Source of the DNA: an uncultured bacterium
GTDB lineage: Bacteria; Vulcanimicrobiota; Xenobia; Xenobiales; Xenobiaceae
Reading direction: 5' to 3'
Assembly (NCBI GenBank): GCA_934621605.1
Contig: CAKTUZ010000017.1
Span: forward strand, 1,572-65,571
DNA length: 64,000 nt
How positions within the stretch are numbered: the stretch's first letter is position 1; each line of letters opens with the position of its first letter. Positions 30,765-40,694 of this stretch are shown piece by piece. Below the pieces are notes generated by a model. The model was not told the DNA's origin. It did not search any database and saw nothing but the letters and a program-made list of their open reading frames with translations. The position numbers and the translations under genes were made by a program.

Positions 30765-31844
30765 ATGCTAAAAAAAATTTGCGCCATTTTAGTTACTTTT
30801 CTGCTGCTACTATTGAGCAGTGAAGCTTATCTAACTTTTAAAGGCTATGCTCTTCCCGATCCGAATAACTTGGAAGCAGCCCATTTTGATGATGCAGAGT
30901 GCGGTTGGTTACCTACTCCTGGCCATTCTTACTCTAGAGAGGATCCGCAAGCTGCAACTACTGTTGGTACTAACTTTTGCCGCCTTTCCTGCCCTCCGGA
31001 AGAAGCTGCTTGGCTAGCTAAGCAGCGCCAGAAAGCCCTTTTATTGGGCTGCTCCTACACTTTTGGCATGGGCGTAAAAGACGAAGAAACTTTCGGCTGG
31101 TTACTCAATCAAAAGCAACAGCGCTTCTATTTCACTAACGGAGGAGTTATCGGCTATAGCACTTATCAATGCCTAAAGCGCTTAGAAAAATTCTTCCGCC
31201 AAGGAGCCAAGCCGCGCCTAGTCATTTATGCTTTTATAAACGATCATTTAATGCGCAATGTGTCTTGTCGAATTTTTGGCAAAGCGGCCGAAAGTTTCGA
31301 CTTTATCGAAACGCCATACTTTGAAGTGCGCCCCTCTGGTCAGACCATTTTTCACCCGCTGCGCCATTTGGCTTGGCCAGGCGAAAAATATTTACGCACG
31401 GTCAATTTTGCCAATCGCCTTTATGTAAATCGTTTAACTGAACAAACACGCCAAGTAGGCTTTGATAAAGAAGCTTCTCATCAAGTGTATCGCCACTTAG
31501 TGAGCCAAATGGCCGATTTGTGCCATAAAAACGGAGCAGTCTTGGCAATAGTCAGCCTAGATACTTCCAGCAATTGGCTATTTCCCGCACTTTCTTCCGT
31601 CTCTACCGCTTCCAATTCAGCCGCTGTTTCTTCTACCCCAAACTTAACCGACGTTTCCACCTTTACAGCCACTGATAATAATCCGACCGCTACACCGATA
31701 TTGTACTTGGATGCCAACTGTGAAGATCTTTATAAGCCAGAATATCACGTTAAAAACCGACTCGATTTTCACCCTGCTGCCATTGCCCATAACTTTTGGG
31801 CTCAAAAGATAGCTACTTTTATACAAAGTATCGAGCTTCCCTAA
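30765..31844 (+). CDS. secreted SGNH/GDSL-family hydrolase-like protein with S/T-rich insertion
   Basis: Signal peptide. Block I GCSYTFG (catalytic Ser) and C-terminal DFHPAAIAH (DxxH block V). Confidence 0.45.
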   Translation: MLKKICAILVTFLLLLLSSEAYLTFKGYALPDPNNLEAAHFDDAECGWLPTPGHSYSREDPQAATTVGTNFCRLSCPPEEAAWLAKQRQKALLLGCSYTFGMGVKDEETFGWLLNQKQQRFYFTNGGVIGYSTYQCLKRLEKFFRQGAKPRLVIYAFINDHLMRNVSCRIFGKAAESFDFIETPYFEVRPSGQTIFHPLRHLAWPGEKYLRTVNFANRLYVNRLTEQTRQVGFDKEASHQVYRHLVSQMADLCHKNGAVLAIVSLDTSSNWLFPALSSVSTASNSAAVSSTPNLTDVSTFTATDNNPTATPILYLDANCEDLYKPEYHVKNRLDFHPAAIAHNFWAQKIATFIQSIELP

Positions 31845-31947
31845 AACCTTAAAGAGAAAACGGCCCGCCAAGCTCATTTTTACTTAGCAACTTTTGCTAA
31901 GAAACTTGCCCAGTTGGCCGTATCTCTTTAACGATATAAAGCCATCG

Positions 31948-33900
31948 CTATTTAGTATTATCTTTCTTGGGATCTACATTAACAGGAATACTATTCTTTT
32001 TAATTTCGGCTACGCCACTCATAACGCACCCGTCTTCTTGCAAAGATACAACCGAATAGCCATAGCCCATAGTACGCCCCATATCTTCTAAAGCTTGGCA
32101 GAAAATTTCCAACATTTTTTTATCACCCAAAACAGCAGAAGAAAGGCGACTCTTAATACCAGCAGCAGCATCATTCCTGTTGGCTTTAATATCTTCGCAA
32201 CTAAAAACTAAGCCACAAAGTTTACCCTCTTGGGCAGCTTGTTTAATTAAAGGTACATCAGCCCAAGTTTTTGCATATTTGCCAGACAACATATCATCAA
32301 AAGTTGTCTGACTTTCCATATTGAAAGCCGCTACCAACTGATCGTTGGTAATAGTTAAGAAAGTGTTACGGCCAAAAGGAATCTTATAGACGCGACAATT
32401 ATTTATGTCGTAAGAAGGGCACATGGCGGCAAATAAAGGTACGCTAGGCAAACTAAGCAGGAAGCCTTCAAAATCTCCGCCGTTTTTCAGTCCTAAAGTA
32501 ACTACCACCGGCATACTGGCAGCCTTATGTGGATTGCTGGTAGCTACATTGACAAATTGCTCTCCTTGAAGTCGGCTCAAACCATCGATAGATACGGTAA
32601 ATTCTCCGGTAAGCATACTTAAAAGCTTATCCATGCTACTGCCGACGCGGCGCAGCATTTCATCAGGTATTTGACGTCGTTCTCTACCTTCAGGAGTCAA
32701 CCCCATAATGTCGTAGACTATTTTCCAAACTGTTTGGATATTGACGGAAATTAAACTGCTGTTAGCATTAGGATGATATTTTAAGGACTGAAAATCTATA
32801 TTGTTGGCTTTATTCAGAAAACGCTTGCCGTATCTACCGATATCCTGAGAGTCGCAGACAAATTGAGCTGAAAAATTGATTTGCTTACCCGTTTTAGTTC
32901 TCCCTATTTTACTTTTGAAGGAGACACATTGGATGGCTTCAACAAATTTTATCAAATCTGTATCAGCATGGTCGGTTTCGAGAATCTGCACCAAACCAGA
33001 ACTTTTGATAAAATGTTGACAATTTATAAAACCTACACCAAGCGTATCACCGTCTATTTTACCAACATATTTTTGGAAATTCGGCTCCGCAAGCAGAGAA
33101 TCTCTTTCTTCACGAGTAGCCAAAATAGTATTTAAATCCTGACCGGAAGTACCGACAAAAAGCGTGTTACCTTGGATAATCCAAGAAAAGCCCCTCTGAT
33201 TATCGCCAGGGCAGGAGATAAAGCCGTCAAAAGTGGGAACAGTGACATACTTCAAGCCGGGGTTCTTCTTAACAGACAAATCTTGAAAACTTTTCATCAT
33301 CTGCTCAATAGGAGCTTTGGGCTTAAATTTTTGCATATAAACGCATAAGCCGGGAGTATCTTCTCCGGGAAGGCAGGCAATCAGGGCTCCGGCCCCTTCG
33401 GCATGTATAGCTAAATCTTGAATAAAACTGAAATTGATTTCGGCAGGCAACACTTGACTGAGCTGCGCTTTAAGTACCGTATTACCAGCCAAACCTTGCA
33501 ACAAACCGCCAAAGAGATTATTTAAATTCTTTTCCTCGCGCAAGTCCAGAGCTATAACGGCCACACTGCCACGCGGAGCCATACGGGCTGCTTCGTAAAC
33601 GATATTTTTTCGATAAACTCCAAAAAATGTTTTTAGCAAGCAAATTATCAGTGAAACCACCACAATTATGCATATGATAACCTTTGCGGAGAGACGAACT
33701 CTGGAACCAGTTTTGATTTCTTTGTCATTTTGGGGAACAACAGACTCAGAAGCAGAAGGCTGACAAGCGGAAGAATCATTGCTAACTTCCCCACTATTAT
33801 TGTCATTTAGAGAATCTGAAGCTGAATTTTGGCTATTGATAGGAGAATAATCGAAATCTTCATCTTGACGAAAGCCAGAATTATAAAATTCTTCACTCAT
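31948..33900 (-). CDS. hypothetical membrane-anchored protein (acidic S/D-rich N-terminus, one TM, large extracytoplasmic domain)
   Basis: ORF length and hydropathy. No recognisable motif. Confidence 0.45.
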   Translation of the reverse strand: MSEEFYNSGFRQDEDFDYSPINSQNSASDSLNDNNSGEVSNDSSACQPSASESVVPQNDKEIKTGSRVRLSAKVIICIIVVVSLIICLLKTFFGVYRKNIVYEAARMAPRGSVAVIALDLREEKNLNNLFGGLLQGLAGNTVLKAQLSQVLPAEINFSFIQDLAIHAEGAGALIACLPGEDTPGLCVYMQKFKPKAPIEQMMKSFQDLSVKKNPGLKYVTVPTFDGFISCPGDNQRGFSWIIQGNTLFVGTSGQDLNTILATREERDSLLAEPNFQKYVGKIDGDTLGVGFINCQHFIKSSGLVQILETDHADTDLIKFVEAIQCVSFKSKIGRTKTGKQINFSAQFVCDSQDIGRYGKRFLNKANNIDFQSLKYHPNANSSLISVNIQTVWKIVYDIMGLTPEGRERRQIPDEMLRRVGSSMDKLLSMLTGEFTVSIDGLSRLQGEQFVNVATSNPHKAASMPVVVTLGLKNGGDFEGFLLSLPSVPLFAAMCPSYDINNCRVYKIPFGRNTFLTITNDQLVAAFNMESQTTFDDMLSGKYAKTWADVPLIKQAAQEGKLCGLVFSCEDIKANRNDAAAGIKSRLSSAVLGDKKMLEIFCQALEDMGRTMGYGYSVVSLQEDGCVMSGVAEIKKNSIPVNVDPKKDNTK

Positions 33901-34121
33901 AGTAGACAGCAGCTCCGTTTCTTATTGTTTTTCAATCGTAAAGCTTATTTTTTCGTTTTCGCAACGAATAAACCTAGTATTTTTTCTTTTTTGCTTGCTT
34001 AGCAAAGCTTGCTCTAAAGCTTCAACCTGTTCGAGATGTAGCCTACAAGTGTGTGAAGGCTTAGCCATAACCAAGAGCGAAGGGCTGGTATATTTTAATA
34101 TTCGGCAGGCAGGATAAAAAT

Positions 34122-34988
34122 ATGGCAAAGTTTTGTAATAAGTGTGGCGCACAGGTAAGAGAGAATGCCCGTTTCTGCAATATTTGCGGCAATCAGCTTC
34201 GCGTAACGCCAGCGACGCCTTCTCCAGCAGCGCTCCCTCCAACTTCGCCTTCAACACCTCCAACAGCCGCAGCCTCTTCAGCCGTTCCCCCGGTTCCTCA
34301 AACGCCACAATTTTTTCAATCCTACGATTTTGAACCCGGGGGGTCAGCTGCCGGTCGGCCAACAACTGCTTCATCTTATACACCGTCTCCCTCTGCTCCC
34401 CTGCGCGATTCTTCGCGGCCGTTGCCTCCCTTAAGCGATTTCTTCGGTTCCGAAGATAATGAAGAGAGTAACAAACGCGAGTTGGCCGAAGATACTATTA
34501 TGAACTTTTCCCTTTGGGCCGCTGCCATAGTATTGGTACCTATTCCCTTCTGTGACTTAGTTTTGCTCATGCCTATCCAGTCGGCTATGGTAATTGCTGT
34601 AGGCAAAGTTTATGGAGTAAACGAAACTCCAGAGCGCATTTTGGCTATTATCGCCGGTTCTTGCGGTGCCAGCGTCTTCGGCCAACTGACGGCCGTATTT
34701 TTGAGCAATTTGATCCCCATTATCGGGTCCTTAGTCAGTGCTCCCTTTATTTTTGGTTGGACTTACGGCTTGGGCAAAGTAGCTATGCGTTATTTTGAAT
34801 CTAAAGGCCAAGCCAGCGAAAGCGAATTAAAGTCTATTTTCAAACAGGCCAGCAAAGAAGCCAACGGCAAGTACGATCCTACTAAAGTAGGCTCGGCTCA
34901 AGCTTCCTTAGATAATTTGCGTCAATACATGTCGGAAGAAGATTACATAAAGATCAAAGATCGCTTTGGCCCCGAAGCCAAGCGCTAA
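34122..34988 (+). CDS. zinc-ribbon protein with Pro-rich linker and C-terminal DUF697/YcjF-like membrane domain
   Basis: N-terminal CNKCGAQ...CNICGNQ zinc ribbon, P/A/S-rich linker, and hydrophobic C-domain resembling the YcjF/DUF697 family. Confidence 0.5.
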   Translation: MAKFCNKCGAQVRENARFCNICGNQLRVTPATPSPAALPPTSPSTPPTAAASSAVPPVPQTPQFFQSYDFEPGGSAAGRPTTASSYTPSPSAPLRDSSRPLPPLSDFFGSEDNEESNKRELAEDTIMNFSLWAAAIVLVPIPFCDLVLLMPIQSAMVIAVGKVYGVNETPERILAIIAGSCGASVFGQLTAVFLSNLIPIIGSLVSAPFIFGWTYGLGKVAMRYFESKGQASESELKSIFKQASKEANGKYDPTKVGSAQASLDNLRQYMSEEDYIKIKDRFGPEAKR

Positions 34989-35018
34989 TTTGGCAGTTTA
35001 AGTTTAATAACCGCTATT

Positions 35019-35918
35019 TCAAAATTGATTTAAACTCCAATTTGATAAACCTAACTGATAGGCTCCCACCGCGCCGCTGAATTCGCCGCGCTCCAAAATT
35101 ACGGCTCTGTGGTTAAGCAAAACTCCAGCTCGCACCAAAACAGCCCGCAAAACGGGATTGTTACGCAATGTCGAACCGGCATACACTATAGTGTGAGTGC
35201 GACACTGGTTCATAATACCGGCCGCAATTAGAGCGATATTCTCGCCCACCATCCCCATAATACCAGCCATAATATCGGCATCACTAGGTCGCTCGATTTC
35301 ACGGTCTCCGGCCAAACGCCCAAAATTGGAAGCAGTAATATTATCGGCAATACCTACTTGGCCTGGTGGATAAATATCTTTAAGCAACAGGTCAACTCCG
35401 GCTCGTTTGCCTTTTTGAGCCAAAAGGCAAACGTCTTCAAAACTGCTACCAGGAATAAGGGCGCGCCCCAAGCCTAAAATAGTGCCGCCTCCCAAAGCTG
35501 AGCCTCCCACTCGACTGATAGAGAAGCCGTTCACCAGCAGCAGCGAAGTGCCGGTGCCCACCGACCCCAAAAGATAGGGCAACTCTACTCCGCTGGAGCC
35601 AGGCAACAACTTGGAAGCGCCCGCTCCCCAAGCCACAAATTCATTTACACCGAATACTTGCGGAACGTGCGCCTCTGTAGACTCATTGCGTCGACAGCGA
35701 GTACAGTGACGAAACTCAGAAGCACCGCGGCCGGTGACACCGCAAAATTGTACGCCCAAGTTAGTAACATAATCCAACACTTCGTCACAAGTATAATTTT
35801 TTAAAAAAGTAAGCACTAGCTCTTCGCCCGGACGAGCAACGGCTATTTTGGTAAGAGTTCCACCTATATCGAGACCGCAACCGCAAAGATGTTCTAAATC
35901 GTCGGAATATTTGTACAT
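35019..35918 (-). CDS. type II (eukaryotic/Fumble-like) pantothenate kinase
   Basis: GLDIGGTLTKIAV matches the Fumble GLDIGGTLVKL P-loop. ASKHA fold. The start is at the internal ATG preceded by GAGGAA. Confidence 0.55.
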   Translation of the reverse strand: MYKYSDDLEHLCGCGLDIGGTLTKIAVARPGEELVLTFLKNYTCDEVLDYVTNLGVQFCGVTGRGASEFRHCTRCRRNESTEAHVPQVFGVNEFVAWGAGASKLLPGSSGVELPYLLGSVGTGTSLLLVNGFSISRVGGSALGGGTILGLGRALIPGSSFEDVCLLAQKGKRAGVDLLLKDIYPPGQVGIADNITASNFGRLAGDREIERPSDADIMAGIMGMVGENIALIAAGIMNQCRTHTIVYAGSTLRNNPVLRAVLVRAGVLLNHRAVILERGEFSGAVGAYQLGLSNWSLNQF

Positions 35919-36059
35919 TTTTCCTCTATTATTGTAGGAGCCTGAGTGGCAAAAAAAAGCAGCTGCCCGCCCCGACCTTTCCCTCAACCAAGCGAAGAAA
36001 AGACTAAACGCAGCTGCCGTACAACACCGCTAAATCATCTCTAAAACCGGAAATAACGA

Positions 36060-36683
36060 CTAGCGCTGATCTTTTGTCAAAATAGAGTCGATAATGCCGT
36101 AATCGAGAGCTTCCTGACTAGACATGTAATGGTCGCGCTCAGTATCTTCGCAAATTTTTTCATAAGTTTGGCCAGTATGGTTAGCTAAAATACGATTGAG
36201 GTTTTCACGCGTTTTCAAAATTTGTTTAGCGTGAATATCAATATCGGTGGCCTGACCGCCGATCTCCCCAATCCAAGGCTGGTGGATCATAATACGCGAA
36301 TAAGGCAAGGCAAAGCGCTTACCTTTGCAACCGCCAGCTAAAAGCACAGCCGCAGCACTGGCAGCCATACCCATGCAAATGCAAGAAACATCCGGCTTGA
36401 TAAGTTGCATACAATCATACATACCGAGGCCAGCTGTTACCGAACCGCCGGGGCTGTTAATGTAAATATCGATATCTTTATCGGGATCTTCCTGCTCGAG
36501 ATAAAGCAATTGAGCGATAACCAAATTGGCCAGTTCATCGTCAATAGCGTCGCCCACAAAAATAATGCGGTTTTTGAGCAAGCGAGAGTAAATATCGTAA
36601 GCCCGTTCACCGCGAGCGGTTTGCTCAATCACCATAGGAATAAGCTGGGCTCTCTCAATGCCAGGGTATCTGCCAAACATCAT
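36060..36683 (-). CDS. clpP: ATP-dependent Clp protease proteolytic subunit
   Basis: [35 protein letters not shown] (active-site Ser) and MIHQP (His). The start is moved to the internal MMFG. Confidence 0.9.
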   Translation of the reverse strand: MMFGRYPGIERAQLIPMVIEQTARGERAYDIYSRLLKNRIIFVGDAIDDELANLVIAQLLYLEQEDPDKDIDIYINSPGGSVTAGLGMYDCMQLIKPDVSCICMGMAASAAAVLLAGGCKGKRFALPYSRIMIHQPWIGEIGGQATDIDIHAKQILKTRENLNRILANHTGQTYEKICEDTERDHYMSSQEALDYGIIDSILTKDQR

Positions 36684-36853
36684 ATAAACGGAACTCCTTA
36701 AAGAAGGGGGCATAATGGGATTCAGCCTTTCTTAGACCCCTCAAAACAAATATCGCTTGCCAATTCTCGCCAAGCGTAGAACTCCCTCCCCTAGTACAAT
36801 TAACTAGCGCAATTAAACTTTGACGGCTAAAAAAATAATTTACGTATACATAT

Positions 36854-37540
36854 TTAAAGTGTGCTACAACTTGCAAGCGACTCAAGCTTTGAGAGCCATA
36901 AGTTAAATAATGGGCATTGGTTGCGCATTTTATCTATTCCAATAGCTTTAGCGATAACAATTCCTGATGTTGTTTTTCCGTAGCGACCACGAGCCCAACG
37001 CTCCAACCTTTTTGATGGAGCAGTCTGTGGACTATTATTTATTTTTTCAGGAGAACCACATTCTTCAATAACCTTGTCTACTTCTGATTTGTAAATACTC
37101 AAATAACTAGACAAAATTTCACTATCACTAAAAAGCAGTGCCTCAAATTCATGTACTGCCATGAATGGAATAAAGCGTCCCCGTACATTTTTATTTTCAC
37201 ACGCTTCAGCTATGGCTTTTTGCGCAGCGCTATTTAATGTATGGGCTATTTGTTCCGGAGTATCGTGAACTTTTATTTTATCTTTGTCAGGCCACTCGCT
37301 TAAACCGTAATAATCAACAAATGTAGATATAATGGTATTGTTGCGCTGCTTCAAATGGTTGCATATATCCGTCTTAACGCGTTGAAACTTAACATCTCCA
37401 CCCTTTTGCCCTTTCTTAGAAATAATGATAGGGGTCATGTATATACCTTTGACTGCCATATAAGGGGCCAGCACATCATTTATAAACTTTTGCTCGGTCT
37501 GGCCTTCAACTAAAACGACAACTTCCAGAAAGTTACTCAT
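36854..37540 (-). CDS. DUF4276-family protein (Toprim-like), partner of the upstream AAA ATPase
   Basis: MSNFLEVVVLVEGQTEQKFI, an hhhhVEGxTE pattern as in OLD/Toprim. Its ATG overlaps the ATPase stop (ATGAGTAA). Confidence 0.6.
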   Translation of the reverse strand: MSNFLEVVVLVEGQTEQKFINDVLAPYMAVKGIYMTPIIISKKGQKGGDVKFQRVKTDICNHLKQRNNTIISTFVDYYGLSEWPDKDKIKVHDTPEQIAHTLNSAAQKAIAEACENKNVRGRFIPFMAVHEFEALLFSDSEILSSYLSIYKSEVDKVIEECGSPEKINNSPQTAPSKRLERWARGRYGKTTSGIVIAKAIGIDKMRNQCPLFNLWLSKLESLASCSTL

Positions 37541-38618
37541 TGGCGCTGCCTCCCTGAATAACATTTTTAATCCATAATTCACCAACAGAGTAATCTTCAA
37601 GCCAAGCAGTATAATCTCGCTCATTTAGTCTAGCAAACGTAGAAGCTCCATTTTTACGTTTAGCTACAATAATATCTTTTATTGAAAACTGATCTAATAA
37701 AAGTGGAGACTGTGTAGCTAGAATAACCTGCGTATGTGCGGAAGCCAATTTTATAAGTTCTGCCAATATGCCAATAGCTTCTGGATGCAGTCCCAACTCA
37801 GGTTCATCAATAATAATAGTAGCTGGCGGCTGCGGTTGAAGTAAAGCAGTAGCTAAGCAAATAAATCTCATAGAACCGTCAGAAAGTTGGCTTGGCCGCA
37901 TAGGATAATCATTGAGTCCTACTTGTTGCCAGTTTAATCTTATCATTTCATTGAAATTAGGCTTTAAAATGAAATCATAAAAAAACGGCACAACTAGCTG
38001 AACAGCATTAACAATTTGGCTATATTCTACAGGAAACTCGCTTTTCAATCTATACAAAAAAGCAGCGATATTTCCAGCGTCAGCAGCTAGGACTTCGCCA
38101 TGATTTACATCACACTCTCGACGCATAGGAGCGAATTTACTAGTATCGTGGAAGTGATAAATCTTCCAGTTTTTTATAGAATTATAAGTATATTCTGTAG
38201 CCTTTGAACTTAACTCATTCGGTAGCTGAGCGTCATAACTCGGAACAGGAAAATCACGCGTAAAATTCCAGTAACCGTTATTGAAATGCCTTTGTTCTTT
38301 AGTTATAAAAAGATCACCATTTTCACTCGGTATAAAATTGAAATCATAGCCGTTTTTTCCCAACCTGAGTTGAATTTCAATTTTACGTGTCAATTTAGGG
38401 CCGCCGAAGAAGTAAGCGTCAGCAGCTCCAGCCACATATTCAGACAGTCCTTCCGGTTTCATCATAGCCGAAAGAATTTCGAATATTTCCAGGAAGTTGC
38501 TCTTTCCGGCTCCATTGGCTCCAACAATAACGTTAATGTTGCGCAATTCGAAATCGACGAGTTCTCTTATCGACTTAAATCCTCTAACTGTTATTTTATC
38601 CAATTTAGACGGCTTCAT
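37533..38618 (-). CDS. AAA_21/ABC-type ATPase (SMC/RecF-like), first gene of the ATPase+DUF4276 pair
   Basis: Walker A IVGANGAGKSNFLE, signature LSDGSMRF, Walker B IIIDEPELGLHP, H-loop ILATQSP. The start is set at MKPSKLDKI (GGAAGGA RBS 7 nt upstream); the ORF-track start at 38879 runs into the IS end. Confidence 0.7.
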   Translation of the reverse strand: MKPSKLDKITVRGFKSIRELVDFELRNINVIVGANGAGKSNFLEIFEILSAMMKPEGLSEYVAGAADAYFFGGPKLTRKIEIQLRLGKNGYDFNFIPSENGDLFITKEQRHFNNGYWNFTRDFPVPSYDAQLPNELSSKATEYTYNSIKNWKIYHFHDTSKFAPMRRECDVNHGEVLAADAGNIAAFLYRLKSEFPVEYSQIVNAVQLVVPFFYDFILKPNFNEMIRLNWQQVGLNDYPMRPSQLSDGSMRFICLATALLQPQPPATIIIDEPELGLHPEAIGILAELIKLASAHTQVILATQSPLLLDQFSIKDIIVAKRKNGASTFARLNERDYTAWLEDYSVGELWIKNVIQGGSANE

Positions 38619-38698
38619 AAATATAAATCCTTCCAATTGTAGTAGGCGGAAACCCACTGCCTTTAGGCGGTGGGAGGAGCCTTGTAAATTTTTGGACA

Positions 38699-39103
38699 TT
38701 AACCTTGGTTTTCTATGTGTTTTTGTATAGTAACTGATGATACCTCGCCTATACTGCGCATGAAATAACCGTATGACCAAAAGGTTTTCTTTTTCCAATA
38801 TTGTTTGGACAATAAGTTCGGATATTTTTGCCATAAGTAATATGTAGTTTCTTGCTGAATTACTTTTACAATATCGCAAACTCTGTCTACTGCATTATAA
38901 CTTATTAAACAGTGTATATGGTCTTTATCAGCCTCCATTGCTATAACATCATAGCCTCTAAAAGCACAGATGTCATAAAATTTTCGTTTTACGTCGTCAA
39001 CTATAGAACCTGTAAGAAGTTGTTTACGATATTTAGTGACAAGAACTATATGAATTTTTAGGTTATATTTTCGTCTGTTATGACGATTATATTTGTTATC
39101 CAT
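38699..39103 (-). CDS. tnpA: IS200/IS605 Y1 (HUH) transposase TnpA
   Basis: HuH motif HIHCLISY and C-terminal catalytic Tyr region. 134 aa. Confidence 0.85.
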   Translation of the reverse strand: MDNKYNRHNRRKYNLKIHIVLVTKYRKQLLTGSIVDDVKRKFYDICAFRGYDVIAMEADKDHIHCLISYNAVDRVCDIVKVIQQETTYYLWQKYPNLLSKQYWKKKTFWSYGYFMRSIGEVSSVTIQKHIENQG

Positions 39104-39187
39104 GTATTTTCCCTTTAAAGTATTGATTTTAATTAATATATATTATTAAAATATACTTAGTAATATATAAGTGAAAGGAGTACATAT

Positions 39188-40327
39188 ATGAAGCAGATGG
39201 TTGCCACAGCTAAAATCCAAATATCTGTAGATATGGATAGTAAAATTTTGCTTGACGAAACCATGTCTGCCTATTCTGCTGCCTGCAACTATGTTTCTGA
39301 CTATGTATTCCGCACTCACGACTTAAAACAGTTTTCTCTTAACAAAGCTCTATATTCAATACTTCGAGAAAAGTTTAGTCTTAAATCACAAATGGCTCAA
39401 TCTGTTTTAAAAACTGTAATTGCCAGATATAAGACCATTTTGGAAAATCAGAAAAAGTGGATTAAACCGTGTTTCAAGAGGCCACAATATGATCTTGTAT
39501 GGAATAGAGACTATTCTCTTGCTAGGAACTGTTTCTCAGTAAATACACTGAAAGGTCGTATTAAACTGCCATATTTTGCTAAAGGTATGTATAAATATTT
39601 TGACCATACTATTTATAAATTTGGTACTGCCAAGCTTGTAAATAAGTGCGGTAAGTATTTTTTACATATCGCTGTTACTTATGATATTGAAGAAGTTAGA
39701 CTCTATGATATCTGCAACATTGTTGGCATTGATAGAGGTATTAACTTTGTTGTTGCTACTTACGACAGTAAGCACAGATCTGATTTTGTCAATGGCAGAA
39801 TTATAAAACAAAAACGTGCTAACTATTCAAAACTTCGTAAAGAATTACAAATGCGTCAAACTCCGTCGGCAAGACGTAGACTTAAAGCTATTGGTTCACG
39901 AGAAAACCGTTGGATGCAAGATGTTAACCACTGTGTATCAAAGGCACTCGTGAAAGCCAATCCCAAGCATACGTTATTTGTCCTTGAAGACTTGTCAGGC
40001 GTTCGAAATGCCACAGAGCGCGTTAAAACAAAAGATCGCTATGTATCTGTATCGTGGTCATTCTATGACCTTGAACAGAAGCTTATCTACAAAGCTAAAC
40101 AAAATCAATCTATAGTAATTAAGGTTGACCCTCGTTATACAAGCCAGCGTTGTCCGGTGTGTGGGCACATTGAAAAAGCCAATCGCAACAAAAAGACACA
40201 TCTGTTTAGCTGTAAAAGCTGTGGCTACAAATCAAATGATGATCGTGTTGGAGCGATGAATCTGTATCACATGGGGGTAAACTATCTTAGAGATAGTCAA
40301 GTACCTGATACAGTTACAGTAGAGTAA
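39188..40327 (+). CDS. tnpB: IS605-family TnpB (RuvC-like RNA-guided endonuclease)
   Basis: RuvC-I IGIDRG, RuvC-II VLEDLSG, zinc finger CPVCGH...CKSCGY, RuvC-III NDDRVGAMNL. Confidence 0.85.
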   Translation: MKQMVATAKIQISVDMDSKILLDETMSAYSAACNYVSDYVFRTHDLKQFSLNKALYSILREKFSLKSQMAQSVLKTVIARYKTILENQKKWIKPCFKRPQYDLVWNRDYSLARNCFSVNTLKGRIKLPYFAKGMYKYFDHTIYKFGTAKLVNKCGKYFLHIAVTYDIEEVRLYDICNIVGIDRGINFVVATYDSKHRSDFVNGRIIKQKRANYSKLRKELQMRQTPSARRRLKAIGSRENRWMQDVNHCVSKALVKANPKHTLFVLEDLSGVRNATERVKTKDRYVSVSWSFYDLEQKLIYKAKQNQSIVIKVDPRYTSQRCPVCGHIEKANRNKKTHLFSCKSCGYKSNDDRVGAMNLYHMGVNYLRDSQVPDTVTVE

Positions 40328-40480
40328 ATCTCTGCTGTAAAGGGTGTTGTCAACCACCCTACGATGTAACGCCACCTTAGATAGCGATACTTAAGGAATA
40401 AAAGTCGGAGGGGTAACCCGTTACCACGACTGGGCAGTTACAAGCCCATTACCTTTAGGTGATGGGTAGTTGACATCAAC
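40328..40480 (+). ncRNA. candidate TnpB omega-RNA (right-end element RNA) scaffold
   Basis: Structured region between the tnpB stop and the right-end hairpin. The position is expected for an omega-RNA. No covariance test was possible. Confidence 0.3.
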
Positions 40481-40694
40481 AGACACAGCACTAGCAGCTC
40501 CCACATAAATCAGCGCTAGAAATTCTCTTATTCATAGTTTTTTTCCCGCCAAGTTAGTTAGCTACACGTATAGCTAAGCAGCGCTATTAGCACAAATAGC
40601 ACCAAACTAGACATTTTTGGGGCAGGGTAAAAATGATAAGCTGCGGAAAGTGCTCTGCGCCATTTTTCATACAATTGGGAGAGCACTTTTTCTT

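Larger units (their letters stand above)
38640..40480. mobile_element. IS200/IS605-family insertion sequence (divergent tnpA and tnpB) with subterminal hairpins
   Basis: Left-end hairpin CCCACTGCC-TTTA-GGCGGTGGG (38652-38673) and right-end hairpin CCCATTACC-TTTA-GGTGATGGG (40445-40466) are in the same orientation. Boundaries are approximate. Confidence 0.7.

Noticed and set aside
33922-34383. 153-aa minus-strand ORF
   Set aside because: It overlaps the 5' half of the convincing zinc-ribbon gene (34122-) on the opposite strand. It has no motif and is likely spurious.
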